Assembly: GCF_902713615.1 (NCBI RefSeq)
Contig: NC_052160.1
Location: forward strand, 137,310,737-137,374,736
Source: Scyliorhinus canicula
Taxonomy: Eukaryota
Reading direction: 5' to 3'
DNA: 64,000 nucleotides
The notes beneath the pieces were generated by a model that saw nothing but the letters and a program-made list of their open reading frames with translations, made no database searches and was not told the origin of the DNA. Positions 23,961 through 36,704 of the stretch are shown piece by piece; the first letter of the stretch is position 1, and each line of letters begins with the position of its first letter. Position numbers and translations under genes: made by a program.

Positions 23961-26439
23961 ACCAACTCTGCATCCTCTCTATCAAGCTGTCAGGGATTTG
24001 AGGCTGTAAGATGTAAGAATTGGGGATGGCTCTGGGGTAAGTTGCACCCACCTGCAAGATCTTTTTGTTGCACACCATGGGAATCCACAAATCTTAGCAA
24101 ATCCCAGCGCTCCTGTTCCCTGACTCACCTGATCTCTGTTGAAGTTGACAAAGTTGAGGGCTTTGATAAAAAGGGTGACTGCGACCTCCTGATTCATTTG
24201 TGGGCAGAGTCTTATGAGGCCCCGGCAGGAGTCATTGCCGTAGAAATTGAGCTAAGGCAATGGGTACCCTCTGGGTTCTGTTCTTAAAAATACAGAAAAA
24301 TGTGTCATTTGAAACATGGAAGTCTGGCAATATCTGGTTTGAGAGGATACAGGGAAAGATCCCACAAAAGTTTAATAGCAGCTTCAAAGAGCAGGATTAT
24401 AAAATGCAGATTCTTTCTCACAAGCAGGTTTAGCAAACACACAGGTTTCATGTGGTAAGCTAAAACAATGGCTCACACCTTCATGGAATGTAACTATCTC
24501 AGGAAGCATCTGGAAAAGCATGGATGAGAGTTTCAATTGCATTAAGTGACGAATGTTTAAAACAGGCAAGTCTTTCAAGTCATAACCAAGTTAAATTTTA
24601 GCATACAGCTAAAAGCAAAGTTTCACACCTTAATTGAAATAAACCCTCTTAGTAAACAACTGGAAAGGATGGATGATGCTCAGTCGAATTTGGTGTCAAT
24701 TCTAAAGTGTAAAATTCTATGAACATCAAGACAATTAAAAGAAAATTGGAGACGACCTGTCTACGAGAAACATAATTTAAGTCAAAATCAAAGTTATGAG
24801 CTGGGGACAATTGGAAAATTAAACGATTCGAAATCACAGAAATAAAAGTTAACTATTGAAACCAAAGCATTTTTTAATCAGATCTGAGAGGAGACAATAT
24901 GCCCAAAATGAATAATTAGTTGTAGTAAAATGTTTACATCAAAGATACTTTTAAACTATCAAAGTGAAACAAGCTCATTTACAATAAAGTCGTTAAAACT
25001 TAATAACTCTTCGAAAGAGAATATAAACCACCGGAAGAAAGGGTACAACCAGCAGAGCCAGAGCCAGCTCTCACAGCTCGGTGCATGGGAAGGACAGGAC
25101 ACAGCAACCGAGTTCACCAGCGAATACAACTCGAGAAGACCAGATTTTAAGAAGATTGATTGTCAAGGTGGGCCTGAAGGTCTCTACAACCAACCAGCAG
25201 CAGCCAGAAGCAAGATCTTTTTTCCTTTCTGTAAAGAAAGTGTTTGCAGCTTTTAAAAGAAAAAATATAATAATAAAATAACTTAACTTAACCTGAAAAA
25301 GTGGTTATTAGCCTACTTTACTTCCTTAACAACGCAGGATCCAGGACATCGATGCTACTAAGGGGTAAGTAGGTAAAATTCTTCGGTGAAGGTATGGGTT
25401 ATACTGGGGGATAACTTGAAAATATAGTTTGACCTAAATAGCACCCACCGAAGCCTGCATCGGAGTCAGGGAGTGAGAATCCCTGTTCACCATTTAGAAT
25501 ATCAACCTTTTTTGGTATAGGGGGAAATCTAAGAATAGTGGTGAGTTTTAACTTCAGTTCCCACGGCACCAATTCCTGCAGAAGGTGGCATATGACCAGT
25601 TTCCTTGACTTGTGCAACCATCAATGATACTGGTTCTCGCTCATCTGCGGCTAGCACATGTGTCTGTTATAGACCTTGGGTAGCATGCCCATACAAATGG
25701 CAGCTTTATCATAGAATTTACAGTGCAGAAGGAAGCCATTTGGCCCATCGAGTCTGCACCGGCTCCTGGAAAGAGCACCGACCCAAGGTCAACACCTCCA
25801 CCCTATCCCCATAACCCACTAGCCTTGTGATATTACCACTAAGCCATTCTCCCCAAGCAGTGGAAGCCTGTCGGCGGAATTCTTCGTCGGCGGGATCATC
25901 TGGTCCCCGGCAGTGCTCCCACGGCCGGGGGATTCCTGACGGCGTGAGGTGGCCACAATGGGAAACCCCATTGGCCGGGTGCAGAAATGGAGAATCCCAC
26001 TACTGGCGGGGGCGCACCGGAAAACATGGCTGGCAGACCAGACAATCCCGCCCTGTGTCTATTTATTGAGGCACACGTGAAGGCCCAGTGTTGCCCAGCA
26101 CCAGTGTAAAATTTAATTCAATCAACAGGTTTTCTCTAATTAAATAGAGTTAATATGTGCAAACAAAATTTAAAATCAAATTAAATTAATAACCTCCATA
26201 TTCTGTACCAAGTTTTGCAATGAGAGATGTCTTTCTTCTCGGACCAACACCAATTTCTTTGTACATTAGTTTTGTTAATCAGTTGATGGCAATTATAGAG
26301 ACTTCCCTTTTCACCCGCATTTGTTTCACCTTAATTGTTATGAACAATTGAAGTTGAATTTATACATATTTGTGTGTTAAGAAAGATAAAATGGTTTCAG
26401 TTTCATTTCGATTTTGTGTGTGAATCCTGGTGCAAGGGA

Positions 26440-26660
26440 ATTTGTTTTTTATTCATTTATGAGAAGTGGGCGTCGCTGGCTGATCCAGCATTTACGGCCC
26501 TCGTGGCCTTGGACTGAGTTGCTTGCTAGGCCACCTTACTTCAGAGGGCTGTTAAACGTCAACCACAATGCAGTGGATCTGGAGTCACATGTAGGCCAGG
26601 CCAGGTAAGGATGACAGATTTCCATCTCTATAGAACTATTAGTAAACCAGCTCATGAACT
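26440..26660 (-). mobile_element. Partial copy of the L2-tailed SINE at 18596-19090
   Basis: Reverse complement aligns by eye with 18880-19090. Confidence 0.65.
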
Positions 26661-27599
26661 CTGTACCAAAGTTCCTCGAGCAACCAATATCTGCTCCACA
26701 TGGGAACCACAATGGGGTCCATCAGCTCCCACATCATTCAGGTACAACACACCGCCTGGCCCTCCATCTCAATCTTATTTTATTAGTTTTAATTTTTTTT
26801 TTAATTTTCAACTTTTTTTGCCTTTTTAATTCGGAAAATATTTCTTCTTTTTAACCTTTAATCTGAAAGCAACTTAGAATAGGTAATGCAAATTAGCAGT
26901 TACTTACCAGCCAATGAACCTAACATTTTCCTATGATGTCAATCGTGGATTGTTTTACAAACTCAGACCATTGCCCAAGGAGAGGTGTTCCTCGCAGGTC
27001 CGGTTTTCTCCGCTCCCTCCTCATTCACCGAACTCCCTTCTTCACCAAACTCCAGTAACACTCTGATACAACAATGCAGCGCTCAGTGGGTGGGACTTTC
27101 TCGACCCTCCCATCTCAGGATCCCACTGAAAGTCAATGGAACTCTGGCTGGGATGCCAAATTGCCTGTAGTGGGTCCCGCCATGAGAGGCCCAGGAAATC
27201 CCTGTCAGTGAGTTAAATATATGTTTTTTTGGGTGTCTCGGCGAGAGATATGTGCTGTGGGGGGGAAAGCATCGAGTGAATGTTCAGGAATTCACTGAAA
27301 GAAAGCAGTGCCTGTCCCAAGCAAGAATCCTTTGTGTCAAGCTCGTGGTAATTCTTCACTGGTTTATGTGCCTGTAAAGATGTTGCTGGGATAAAGGAAT
27401 AGTGCGAATTGGAAGTGTCGTTTTGAGTATGTATTGAGATCTGTTCAATCTTTTTTTGTCTGGTGTAATACAGTTCATTTTTCTTGTTTAATAACTATTT
27501 TATTCTTTGTGTGATAAATTCATCAGCAGATTCATGTGAATTTGTTCAGCAGCTTTCCCCCATGGTTTCCAAAAAAATGTTAGGATCTATCAAGCCGGG

Positions 27600-27945
27600 T
27601 TTCACTTTGGGATCTGACTTGTCGAATATTAGCATCAGCTGGGATTGTAGCACAATCCCCAACTGTTTCTCACACACATTTTATCAAGTGTGGATTATCC
27701 TCACATTGATTATCGATATGCCATTCACTACAGACATTATACAGAATCTTATTTCAACCACTGGACAAATAAATTCCCATGTTGACTGCCTCCACAAGGG
27801 CCAATGTTTCATTAACCAAGGTATAAATAAGCAGGTTTATGTTCTTAGCTCCCTGAGCTAAAGGGCAACGTTTCCCATGCTCGTCCAGGAGAAATATTCT
27901 GACAGCAGCTGCACTGGAATGTCCATCAGGAAGATTAACATGTCA
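27600..27945 (-). mobile_element. Ty1/Copia-type RNase H relic
   Basis: HVNLPDGHSSAAAVRIFLLDEHGKRCPLAQGAKNI....TLVNETLALVEAVNMGIYL, then DNQ..DN and EKQLGI after a frameshift. This follows the Copia RNase HI pattern (S...K.I.RV.KST..AET.AL.E; DN.SL; EKRLRID). Confidence 0.65.
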
Positions 27946-28489
27946 AACTTTACCAAAACTTACGAGTTTCATGTTTTTGGGTCACTTAAGGTTGGCAACT
28001 TAACATTCCTCCTGATATTTCAAAAATGTTTTATTTGCTCTAAAAACCATCTCCTACAAAGTATTTGATTGTCGTACTGAACTCCAGCGCAACACAGCTT
28101 GGCTAGTCTGAGTGCACAATCAGTTCAAATGACAACTCAAGCTCCGCCTTTCTTCTGGCTCCAGCTAAAATATACCTAATATCACTAACTGGTTGGGAGT
28201 TAGTTCATTCATCGGTCTTTTCTTTCCAGGATGCTGACTGTCATGCATCTCCAGACCCAATAAAGCCTCATGATAACACATTGAACACAGGCAAGGAAAC
28301 CTCCCACTGTTTGATGCCTTCCCAAGGGCAATTAGGGATCATCAACAAATGCTGTGCTTGCCAGCAATGCTCACAATCCAGGAAGGAATAGATCAAACTG
28401 CCTGCCTCCTTCCACAGATGAATCAGTGCTCATTCGTATTTCACATTCTTTGATATAAAAGATAAACTGCAGCATCTTGTGGAGACTCC

Positions 28490-28725
28490 GTCAACAGCTC
28501 CTTCCAAATCCAGGAGGTCTACCACCGAGGAAGCAGACATGTGAGAGCGCCATCATCTGAGAGTTCAATTCCAAGTCAGTCACCATCCTGACTTGGAAAT
28601 ATGTCACCGTTTCTTCACTGCTGCTGGGTCAAAATCCTGGAAGTGCCTCCTTAACTACTCTGTGTGTACCTCCACTGCATGGACTGCAGCAGTTCAATAA
28701 ATGGCTCACCATCACCTCCTCAAAT
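28490..28725 (+). mobile_element. L2 LINE 3' fragment
   Basis: caccatcctgacttggaaatat...aaaatcctggaa...ggactgcagcagttcaa, matching the inverted copy at 61060-61380. Confidence 0.6.
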
Positions 28726-28734
28726 TTTATGGAT

Positions 28735-28990
28735 GGACAATTCAATTCCCGGCTTTGGTCACTGTCTGTGCGAAGTCTGAACGTTCTCCCTGTGTCTGCG
28801 TGGGTTTCCTCCGGATGCTCCGGTTTCCTCCCACAAGTCCCGAAAAACGTGCTCTCAGGTGAATTGAACGTTCTGAACTCACCCTCTGTGTACCCGAACA
28901 GGCGCCGGAGTATGGCGACTAGGGGCTTTTCACAGTAACTTCATTGCGGCGTTAATGTAAGCCTGCTTGCGACACTAATAAAGATTAAAT
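28735..28990 (+). mobile_element. SINE (HE1-type head, gcctacttgtgacaataa-type tail), 5' truncated
   Basis: Same family as 9449-9747. Confidence 0.85.
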
Positions 28991-29272
28991 GTTGGCCTTG
29001 CCAAAAAGGCTCACAAACCATTAATAAATAAATACATTTCTAGCAGTCACTTTTTCCCCCACAATTTTCTATCCTTCAAAGAAAATAAGTTGGTTTTGTT
29101 GGAATTTCAACATCTTAGTGGTCACATTTCTTTGGCGGGTATGATGCAATGTCACGAGCTGGCTTCCTCCTACCTTCTTCCCCTTTCAAATTCCTCGTAT
29201 TATTTTGATCTGACAGTCATTTCAATGTGGGAGCCAAGAGCTGGGTGACCGACAACAAGTGTTGATCGGAAC

Positions 29273-29324
29273 ATGGCCAGGAAAATAATGTGGATACTGA
29301 TTCTTCTTATCTCGTCTCTGGCCA
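29273..29324 (+). CDS. Gene B exon 1: leader MARKIMWILILLISSLA (alternative start at 29288)
   Basis: Hydrophobic signal peptide; phase-1 donor gtgagt; homologous to the leaders of A and C. Confidence 0.9.
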
Positions 29325-29344
29325 GTGAGTACAGTCAGAGCTGA

Positions 29345-29368
29345 ATATTCAGATAATCAGCGTTAGTT
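29345..29368 (+). promoter_or_regulatory. Conserved intron-1 GATA-containing 24-mer, gene B
   Basis: Identical to 10264-10287 (-) and 59306-59329. Confidence 0.6.
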
Positions 29369-29699
29369 TAAGTCTGGTGTACGGTTTATACGGCACAGAT
29401 GTTTAAACAATTGGAAACAACAGAAGACACAAAATATTGAGCAAAATTATGTAATATTCTGTGGGAAGCCTCGTAACTTTCTTTGTCTATCCTAGTGTAT
29501 CACAGAAATATTTACCTTTATAAAGAAAACTAAAGTCAATTGTAAATTAAAAATAAAGGACGCACTCATTGGGCGGAATGTACTGGCTGCAGCCCAGTAG
29601 GATTGGGATGGGAAGTGGCAGGTAGATCCCGGGAGACGCTTCTGAATGAATTGGGGAATCATCTCAAATTCAAGTTGTTCTTGCTATTCGAAAGGAAGA

Positions 29700-30210
29700 C
29701 TTGCATTTTTGCATCTGACAGTGTTGTCAGAGACCCCTCACATCCAGGCTTTGCCCTCTTCCAGACCCTCCCATCAGGCAGAAGATAATAATATTAATCT
29801 TTATTAGTGTCACAAGTAGCCTTACATTGACACTGCAAGGAAGTTACTGTGAAAATCCATTACAGATACAGAAGTCTGAAGACCCACACACCCAGACTTA
29901 GGAACAGCTTTGTCCCCACAGCTGCCAGACGCCTCAATCACTCTCCCCCTCGGACTGATCTGTTCCCTGTAAGAACACTATTCACGACGCCCTATGCTGC
30001 TCTTGCTCATGTCGTATTTGTTTTGATTGGCCCTTGTTCTCGATTACTTATTTGTCGGTGTACTGTGTACTTTTTCACATGCACTGTAACAATCTACTAT
30101 TCTTTTTTGTCTGCTGTGTACGTACTGTGTACTTTTCCTTGGCCGCAGAAAAATATGTTTCGCTGTACTTCGGTACATGTGACAATAAATCAAATCAATC
30201 AAATCAAAAA
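29700..30210 (+). mobile_element. Rex1/Babar-type LINE 3' end, interrupted by a 70-bp inverted SINE tail (about 29786-29858)
   Basis: DPSHPGFALFQTLPSGRR joins YRSLKTHTPRLRNSFVPTAARRLN once the insert is removed; ends in gacaataaatcaaatcaatcaaatc. Confidence 0.75.
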
Positions 30211-30548
30211 ACATGTTTCACAAGCCCGAGACATCGCAAAGGGCTTGACTGGCAATTACTTTTCAAGTAGCTTTTGGCTTCCTGACTCGAGAGGCGAGAA
30301 TATTATGACTGAGCCATGGTGAACACACTAACGATAGTAACTGTGCTTCAAAGGTAAAATCTTGGCTGTGAGGTGCTTCATCACGTCCTGATTCCATGAT
30401 AAGATTAATTTTTTCCTTTATCGCAGACTTGAATGAATTAAACTGTATTAATATAGGCAGCAAAGGGATTCCTCTGTACGCAGTGTTAGCTTCTTTCAGA
30501 GTGTATTCGTTTCTATTCAGCCTGGTTCCTGAAATGCTGTCTCCTCAG

Positions 30549-30869
30549 TTTCAGGTGGATTGTGGGCAAAGAGCAAAGTCACAGGAGCTGTGGGAAGAAA
30601 GATCACAGTCGCTTGTCACTATACCAGACAATACAAGCAAAACATGAAATATTGGTGCGACGGTCGGACTCGTGAGTGTTCCTATTTAGTGAGAACAAAT
30701 GATCCAGGTGGACGGCTTGGGAGAATGTCGATCGCAGACAACAAGATAAAAGGAATATTTGTTGTTACTTTGGAGGATCTTCGCTTGGGAGATACAGGAT
30801 GGTACAGCTGTGGAATTGATCAACCTGGCAAAGATACAATGTTCGCTGTACGCCTACAAATATTTACTG
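30549..30869 (+). CDS. Gene B exon 2: CD300/pIgR/TREM-like V-type Ig domain
   Basis: 321 nt, phase 1-1, open. TVACHY, KYWCDGRTREC (the extra Cys pair typical of CD300/pIgR/TREM V domains) and DTGWYSCG; canonical ag/gt. Confidence 0.95.
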
Positions 30870-31042
30870 GTACGTTTCTCGCTGATTATCTTTATTAATC
30901 TCTATTGAAATGTCTGATCATTGTTTTCTCCGGGAGGAAACACGGCAGCTCCGATATCCCGTGTCTCTGCTGCAGTGCAGAGTCTGGCAGGCAGAGGGCA
31001 GCGGTCAGGGAAACTGACTCTTGTTACACAAACCCAATTCAA

Positions 31043-31346
31043 TTAATCTTATTGGTGTCACAAGTAGGCTTACATTAACACTGCAATGAAGTTACTGTGA
31101 AAATCCCCTAGTCGCCACATTCCGGCGCCTGTTCGGGTACACTGAGGGAGAATTCAGAATGTCCAATTCACCTAATAACCCCGTCTTTCGGGACTTGTGG
31201 TAGGAAACCAGAGCACCCGGAGGAAACCCACGCAGACACGGGGAGAAAGTGCAGATTCCGCACAGACAGTGATCCAAGCTGGGAATCGATCCTAGGACCC
31301 TGATGCTGTGAAGCAGCAGTGCTAACCACGGTGCGACTGTGCCGCC
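31043..31346 (-). mobile_element. SINE (HE1-type head, gcctacttgtgacaataa-type tail)
   Basis: Same family as 9449-9747. Confidence 0.88.
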
Positions 31347-31904
31347 CAAAAGAGTAGCTGGAAGAGATTGCAACAAAAAGTAGCAACTTTAAGGCCAGTG
31401 GACGGACGGCCTGGTGTGGGAGGAGGGGGCTTGTTTCATTGAGAATACATGTTTGGGTTATTTTTTAAAAAGGGGTTTAATATGGAGGAGAAAGGTCAAA
31501 ATCTAAAGCTGAGCTCAATCTTGAGTTCTGAAGTCTGTAACGTACCCAACTGGAAGATGAGATGCTTCTCCTCCAGAAGCACCAGGCTTCACTGGAGCAT
31601 TGCAGTAGGCTCAGGACGGACATGTGGGCTTTTGAGTCATGAGTTATCCATATGGCATACTCAATCCTCTTATCTAAAATATTACTATGGATTGCAAATG
31701 ACTGAAACCCAAGAACTAATCCTTGCAGTAACCCGTAGGTTACAGCTGGCCAACCTGAAATATCCTGTTCATTCTGACTCTGTTTTCTGTCCTAATTCTG
31801 TGTAATAGCTTCTGTTGTGCTTCCTGAGGTAGGATTAAGTGGAGAAATGGCAAAGTATCATTTTTGGCACTCAAGTCTGTGCGTTATCCGGATCGCGATC
31901 TTGA

Positions 31905-32638
31905 GCCACTGAGTCTAATTTATTTCCCCCCACATGAAACAATCTGCGCCTGATTCACCCACCCCCGTGGGTCAGCCCAGCACTGCAATCAAGGGGGCGC
32001 TGCGTTTGAACAAAGCCTCAACACTCACTCTCAGTCAAGACTCCATCAAACGGACAACCCAGGCCCATTACCCTGTTCAGATGTCAATGAACCCTTTGCA
32101 GGGGGAGGTGTTGCGGAGCTGCCGGACAACAAGCCTCCTAATGGGTGAACTTGGAGGCGATGAGAGCACCTCGGGTCCTCCTGCCCTGGTGCACCCTGGC
32201 CACTGTCTGTCCTTCCTCCAGGTCCTGAAAACTTTGGGCTCTGTGGCTTCGGACTGTGTCCAGCACCGCCACACTTGGCCGGGATCCGTGCCGCTGGCCG
32301 GGGAGGCTTCAGTGATGGCTGGGGGGGGGGGGGGACTGGTGGGGGGTGGCCAGGGGGTGGGCTGTGGGGTTGCAGTTTGCGTCGTGTCAGTGCTCGGCCG
32401 GCACCATGTTGTACGGCGCGACCGCTGCAGGTCGTCAGCCGTGTATATGCGCGGCCCGGGACCCGGCCATTCTCCGGCCGTTTTCAGCACGGGAGGCGGG
32501 TGTTTTGGTCGGCGCTGGTGCTAGTCTCTCACCGGTACCAGAATCAGTGCGGGGTTCGCACCGCTTTTTTACGCATAGACCTCCCGTGGATTCTCTGTTC
32601 GAGACGGCACTTAGCCGCAGGAACAGAGAATCCTGCCC
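31905..32638. mobile_element. Harbinger-derived non-autonomous element retaining the transposase C-terminus
   Basis: Minus strand encodes RVHQGRRTRGALIASKFTH* near 32139-32198; right end agagaatcctgccc; homologous by eye to 58369-59038. Confidence 0.6.
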
Positions 32639-33098
32639 GGGATATATTTTAATTCTTTAAATGCTAGTCATTGCTCATCTATCGTCCTAACCTTTAATTA
32701 AAGCAAAATAATGCCAATGTTGGAGATCAGAAATAAAAACAGAAGTAGCTCACTTGGGGGGGGGGGGGGGGGGGGGGGGGGGGTGGGGGGTGGGTGCGGT
32801 ATTGCCTATGTCTGGGGGAGGGGGTGGGGATGACATTATTCATCGGTGGGGGCTGTGGGGGACTCCCAAGCTCACTTAGAGATCGGGCACCTTTGCAAAA
32901 TGCTGGCTGATCTCTGAACAGTAGGTCTCGCCGGCGAGTTCAGCTCCCCACTGACTAAAACATTTCTACAAGTGTGAGCGAGACCAGGGAGAAACTCCCC
33001 AAGTCCCAAACAGCGACGAAGTGTATGTGGATCCAGGTCTGGATCTCACTCAGAAAGCCAACTGGAAACATGGCGCCAATCACCCAAAACAACACTTG

Positions 33099-33215
33099 GG
33101 GCTGGATTCTTCGGCCACGCCCACTGCATGATCACCACGGGGACCATGTAGAGGTCCATTGACCTCGGGAGGGAATTTCTGGTCGGCGGACGGGCACAGC
33201 CGAGGAATCCTGCCC
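33099..33215. mobile_element. Short MITE of about 117 bp
   Basis: TIRs gggctggattcttcgg / ccgaggaatcctgccc. Confidence 0.65.
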
Positions 33216-33284
33216 TTAGTCATTTTTTGGGAGAATTCCGCCCAAGGTTTCAAGTTCAGTTTCACATTGCACTCCAAACTTTAT

Positions 33285-33999
33285 GGGCAAAATTCTCCGC
33301 CCCCCACGACGGGTGGGAGAATAGCGGGAGGGCCTTCCCGACATTTTTGCCGCCCTCCCGCTATTCTCCCCCCCCCCCCCCGCCGAAGTCCCGACCCGAA
33401 TCGCTGCCGCCGTTGTTTTACGGCCGGCAGCGATTCTCAGCTGTTAGATGGGCCGAAGTCCCAGCCCTTTCCGCCGTTTTTACGAACGGCAAACACACCT
33501 GGTCTTGCCGTTCGTAAAAACGGCGTGACTAACTCGCTATTAATAACCATGGCACCGATTGGCACGGCCGTGCCAAGGGTGCCATGGGCCCGCGATCGGT
33601 GGGCACCGATCGCGGGCAGCGGGCCCGATGCCCGCGCACTACTTGTCCTTCCGCCGCCCCGCAGTATCCATTCGCGGGGCGGCTGAGGGGCAACCCGGCC
33701 CGCGCATGCGCGGGTTTTGCGCAAAAACACGATGACGTCACCCGCGCATGCGCGGGTTGGAGTCTTCCAAACTGCGCATGCGCGGCTGATGTCATATGAC
33801 GCGTCAGCCGGCGCTAACTCCGGCAAGCGGGCTTAACGATTTTCGTTAAGCCCGTCTTGCCGGAGCCTACGGCGTCGGGCTGCTAGCCCCGACCGGGGAC
33901 CAGAATCGGTCCCCGGTCGGGAAGGGGCGCGCTGCCGTAAAACCCGCCCGGGTTTTACGCCAGCTTTACGATTTCTCCCGTTTTGGGAGAATCGCGCCC
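33285..33999. mobile_element. Harbinger-type MITE with 3-bp TSD TAT
   Basis: TAT at 33282-33284 and 34000-34002; TIRs gggcaaattctcc / ggagaatcgcgccc; CpG-rich interior. Confidence 0.85.
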
Positions 34000-34129
34000 T
34001 ATTTGTTTCTCATTCCAGAGGTGCTGCCAGAACTATTGAGTTTTTCCAACATTTTCCTTGTTTATATCCTATCTATTAATATATTTGGCCAACTTCCACC
34101 CTATACCAACCTCGTTTCCGTGGTTTTGA

Positions 34130-34620
34130 TCAACAACCCTATTTTCAGACTTCTTTAAATCACTTTCAAGCTCAATATAAAACTCCATCATGTTATGATC
34201 ACAGAACAAGCCCTTTCACCACAGCCCCATATTAGCTCCAATATAGTCTGTTCCCTAATTGATTGCTTGACAAACTGAACTAGGTAACTATCTTGTATAC
34301 ATTCCATGAACTCGTTTTCCACACTTTTACTACAAATTTGACTTGCCCCAATCTATGCGGAGATTAAAATCCCCCTGAATTAATGTATTACCCTTATTAT
34401 ATACACTTCTAATTTCCTGATTCTTATTTTGTCTTAAACTAAGACCACTGAATGTGGAACCTATGGACAATCTCCACCAATGTTTTCTGCCCTTGCTGTT
34501 TCTTAGCCCCATCCAAACATATTCTACAGATGTTGCGGGCTAAGCTAATTTCTCACTATTGTATTTAGCCCCTTCTTTATTACGATGGCCATCCCTCTTT
34601 ATTTCTTGTTATTTTCTATA
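34130..34620 (-). mobile_element. CR1 LINE endonuclease-region fragment
   Basis: Minus strand gives NKGNTLIQGDFNL.IDW, the GDFN motif of the APE domain. Confidence 0.7.
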
Positions 34621-35236
34621 TCTTTACTTAATCATCCAAGTTCGGGTCAATATTCAACCACATCTCCCAAATGGCTATTCGATCAAAGCTAGTCATTGCT
34701 ATCTGTTGTGAGTGCTTAACATATTCAGATAAAATAGATTTAGCTTTGACCTTTTTATATTTCCTGTGTGCTCCGACCATTGTACAACCCCTGCCCCTTA
34801 TTTATTTGAAGCCCTGTCTCCTGTCCGAGTTATTCAATTCTTCACGACACCAGTCTGGGCCCATTTTAAATGGAGTAGATCCCAATGGATCAGTCCCCTC
34901 TTTCCTCAGCACTGGTGCCAGTGACCCATGCAGTGAAACCTTGCCTCGATCATTTCAACCAAGCATTTAGTTTTGAATCAGTTGTTCATTATATCCACCC
35001 ATGTGAATCAAGTGACAATCCAGACACAATCACCTTTTCAGTTATCGTTTTTCATCAACTCTCTAACTCTTCAAACTCTCGGCAGAAAAATGCCCTTGTT
35101 TTACCGACATTGTTGGCTCCTATGTGGACGATGGCAGCCGCATCCTCCCCTCCCCCTCCAAGATCTTCTCCAGCCACTGGGGAAATGTCTTTAACCCTGG
35201 CACTGGGCAGGCAAGAAAACATCAGTCACAGTCACA

Positions 35237-35574
35237 GGGGGCCTCACGGTAGCATGGTGGTTAGCATCAATGCTTCACAGCTCCAGGGTCCCAGGTTCGA
35301 TTCCCGGCTGGGTCACTGTCTGTGTGGAGTCTGCACGTCCTCCCCGTGTGTGCGTGGGTTTCCTCCGGGTGCTCCGGTTTCCTCCCACAGTCCAAAGATG
35401 TGCGGGTTAGGTGGATTGGCCATGCTAAATTGCCCGTAGTGTAAGGTTAATGGGGAGATTGTTGGGTTACGGGTATACGGGTTACCTGGGTTTAAGTAGG
35501 GTGATCATTGCTCGGCACAACATCGAGGGCCGAAGGGCCTGTTCTGTGCTGTACTGTTCTATGTTCTATGTTCT
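35237..35574 (+). mobile_element. HE1-type SINE, full length
   Basis: A and B boxes plus (gttctat)n tail. Confidence 0.92.
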
Positions 35575-35746
35575 AAATGTGGAGAATATTATTTATTACT
35601 CTGTCCATAATGCCAAAAAACACTTTCACGTTCCTTTGCATTCTTGGAATGGCATCTTGCACTTTGGCACCATGGTCATTTCGCTCATCCAGCATTTAGT
35701 GCCTGTTCTCATCCATATGTTGAGTGAGTATCTGCTACTTCTTGAT

Positions 35747-36036
35747 GGACAGCACGGTAGCACAGTGGTTAGCACTGTCGCTTCACAGCGCCAGAGACCC
35801 GGGTTCAATTCCCGGCTTGGGTCACTGTCTGAACGGAGCGTGCACATTCTCCCCGTGCCTGCGCGGGTTTCATCTGGGTGCTCCTGAAAGACGTGCTTGT
35901 TCGGTGAATTGGACATTCTCAATTCTCCCTCAATGTACCCACTGCAGGAATGTGGCGACTAGGGGCTTTTCACAGTAAATTCATTGTTGTGTTAATGTAA
36001 GCCTTACTTGTGACAATAATAAAGATTATTATTATA
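35747..36036 (+). mobile_element. SINE (HE1-type head, gcctacttgtgacaataa tail)
   Basis: Same family as 31043-31346, in the opposite orientation. Confidence 0.85.
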
Positions 36037-36704
36037 CCTGCCTCAGCATCTTCCAGTCCCTGACCATCAGCCAATTCTAAAGGCTAGAATTTGCACTCTC
36101 CTGTCGCATGTGGCCTGACGTCCCCTGACATGTCTATCCGGCCCTGAGCTGTCTCAATTGTAAAGGGATTGAAGGGGTTGGGAGGCGGGGTAGGGAGTTA
36201 GATGCGGGGTGACGGCGTGTGGCAGACCAGCCTTCCTTGGGACTATTGAGGTCTTTAAGTAGCCTTTTAAGGGCTTCATCCTGCCTGCAATGGTATCTTC
36301 CATGGCAAAGAGAGATCCGTGCTAAGCAAGAGGGTCCACTGAGCAGATCCAAACTCATTACACTCCCCCCAGGGAAAACTAGTCTTTAACGGAGACTCTT
36401 TCCTGCCAATTCACATTCAAGAGCTGAGCAATGAAACAATGACTCTCCACCACTAAGAGAGATTGTTACCCCTGATATTCACATCCTCAGTATCATTGCT
36501 GCTGGCTTGACCTGGAAACCTATCATGTCCCGAAATAACGGTAGCCAGGGTTGTTCAGGCTGTTAGGAGGTTGGATAGATATGGATGCATTGCTGAGATT
36601 AAAATATGACAGGGCCTGATTGAGACACAGAAGTGCTGAACATTGGATTGTAGTTTATTTTTGGAGGTTCAGTCAACATCTGAATGTTTCTTCCTTTCCC
36701 ACAG

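Noticed and set aside
24930-25281. 108-aa ORF after the pseudo-V exon
   Set aside because: No Ig, TM or TE motif and no convincing splice signals; left unassigned.
30549-30869. Rearranging antigen-receptor (Ig/TCR/NAR) V segment
   Set aside because: The exon ends in a splice donor with its own G strand; no heptamer-nonamer RSS or D/J segments are present, and the motifs are CD300/pIgR-like.
32756-32795. Long poly-G run (and poly-C runs near 8687, 9101 and 14275) as functional G4 elements
   Set aside because: Homopolymer lengths are unreliable in assemblies, and most runs sit inside repeats.
35237-35310. tRNA genes at A/B-box sequences here and at other SINE heads
   Set aside because: They continue into SINE bodies and LINE-like tails and do not form complete cloverleafs.
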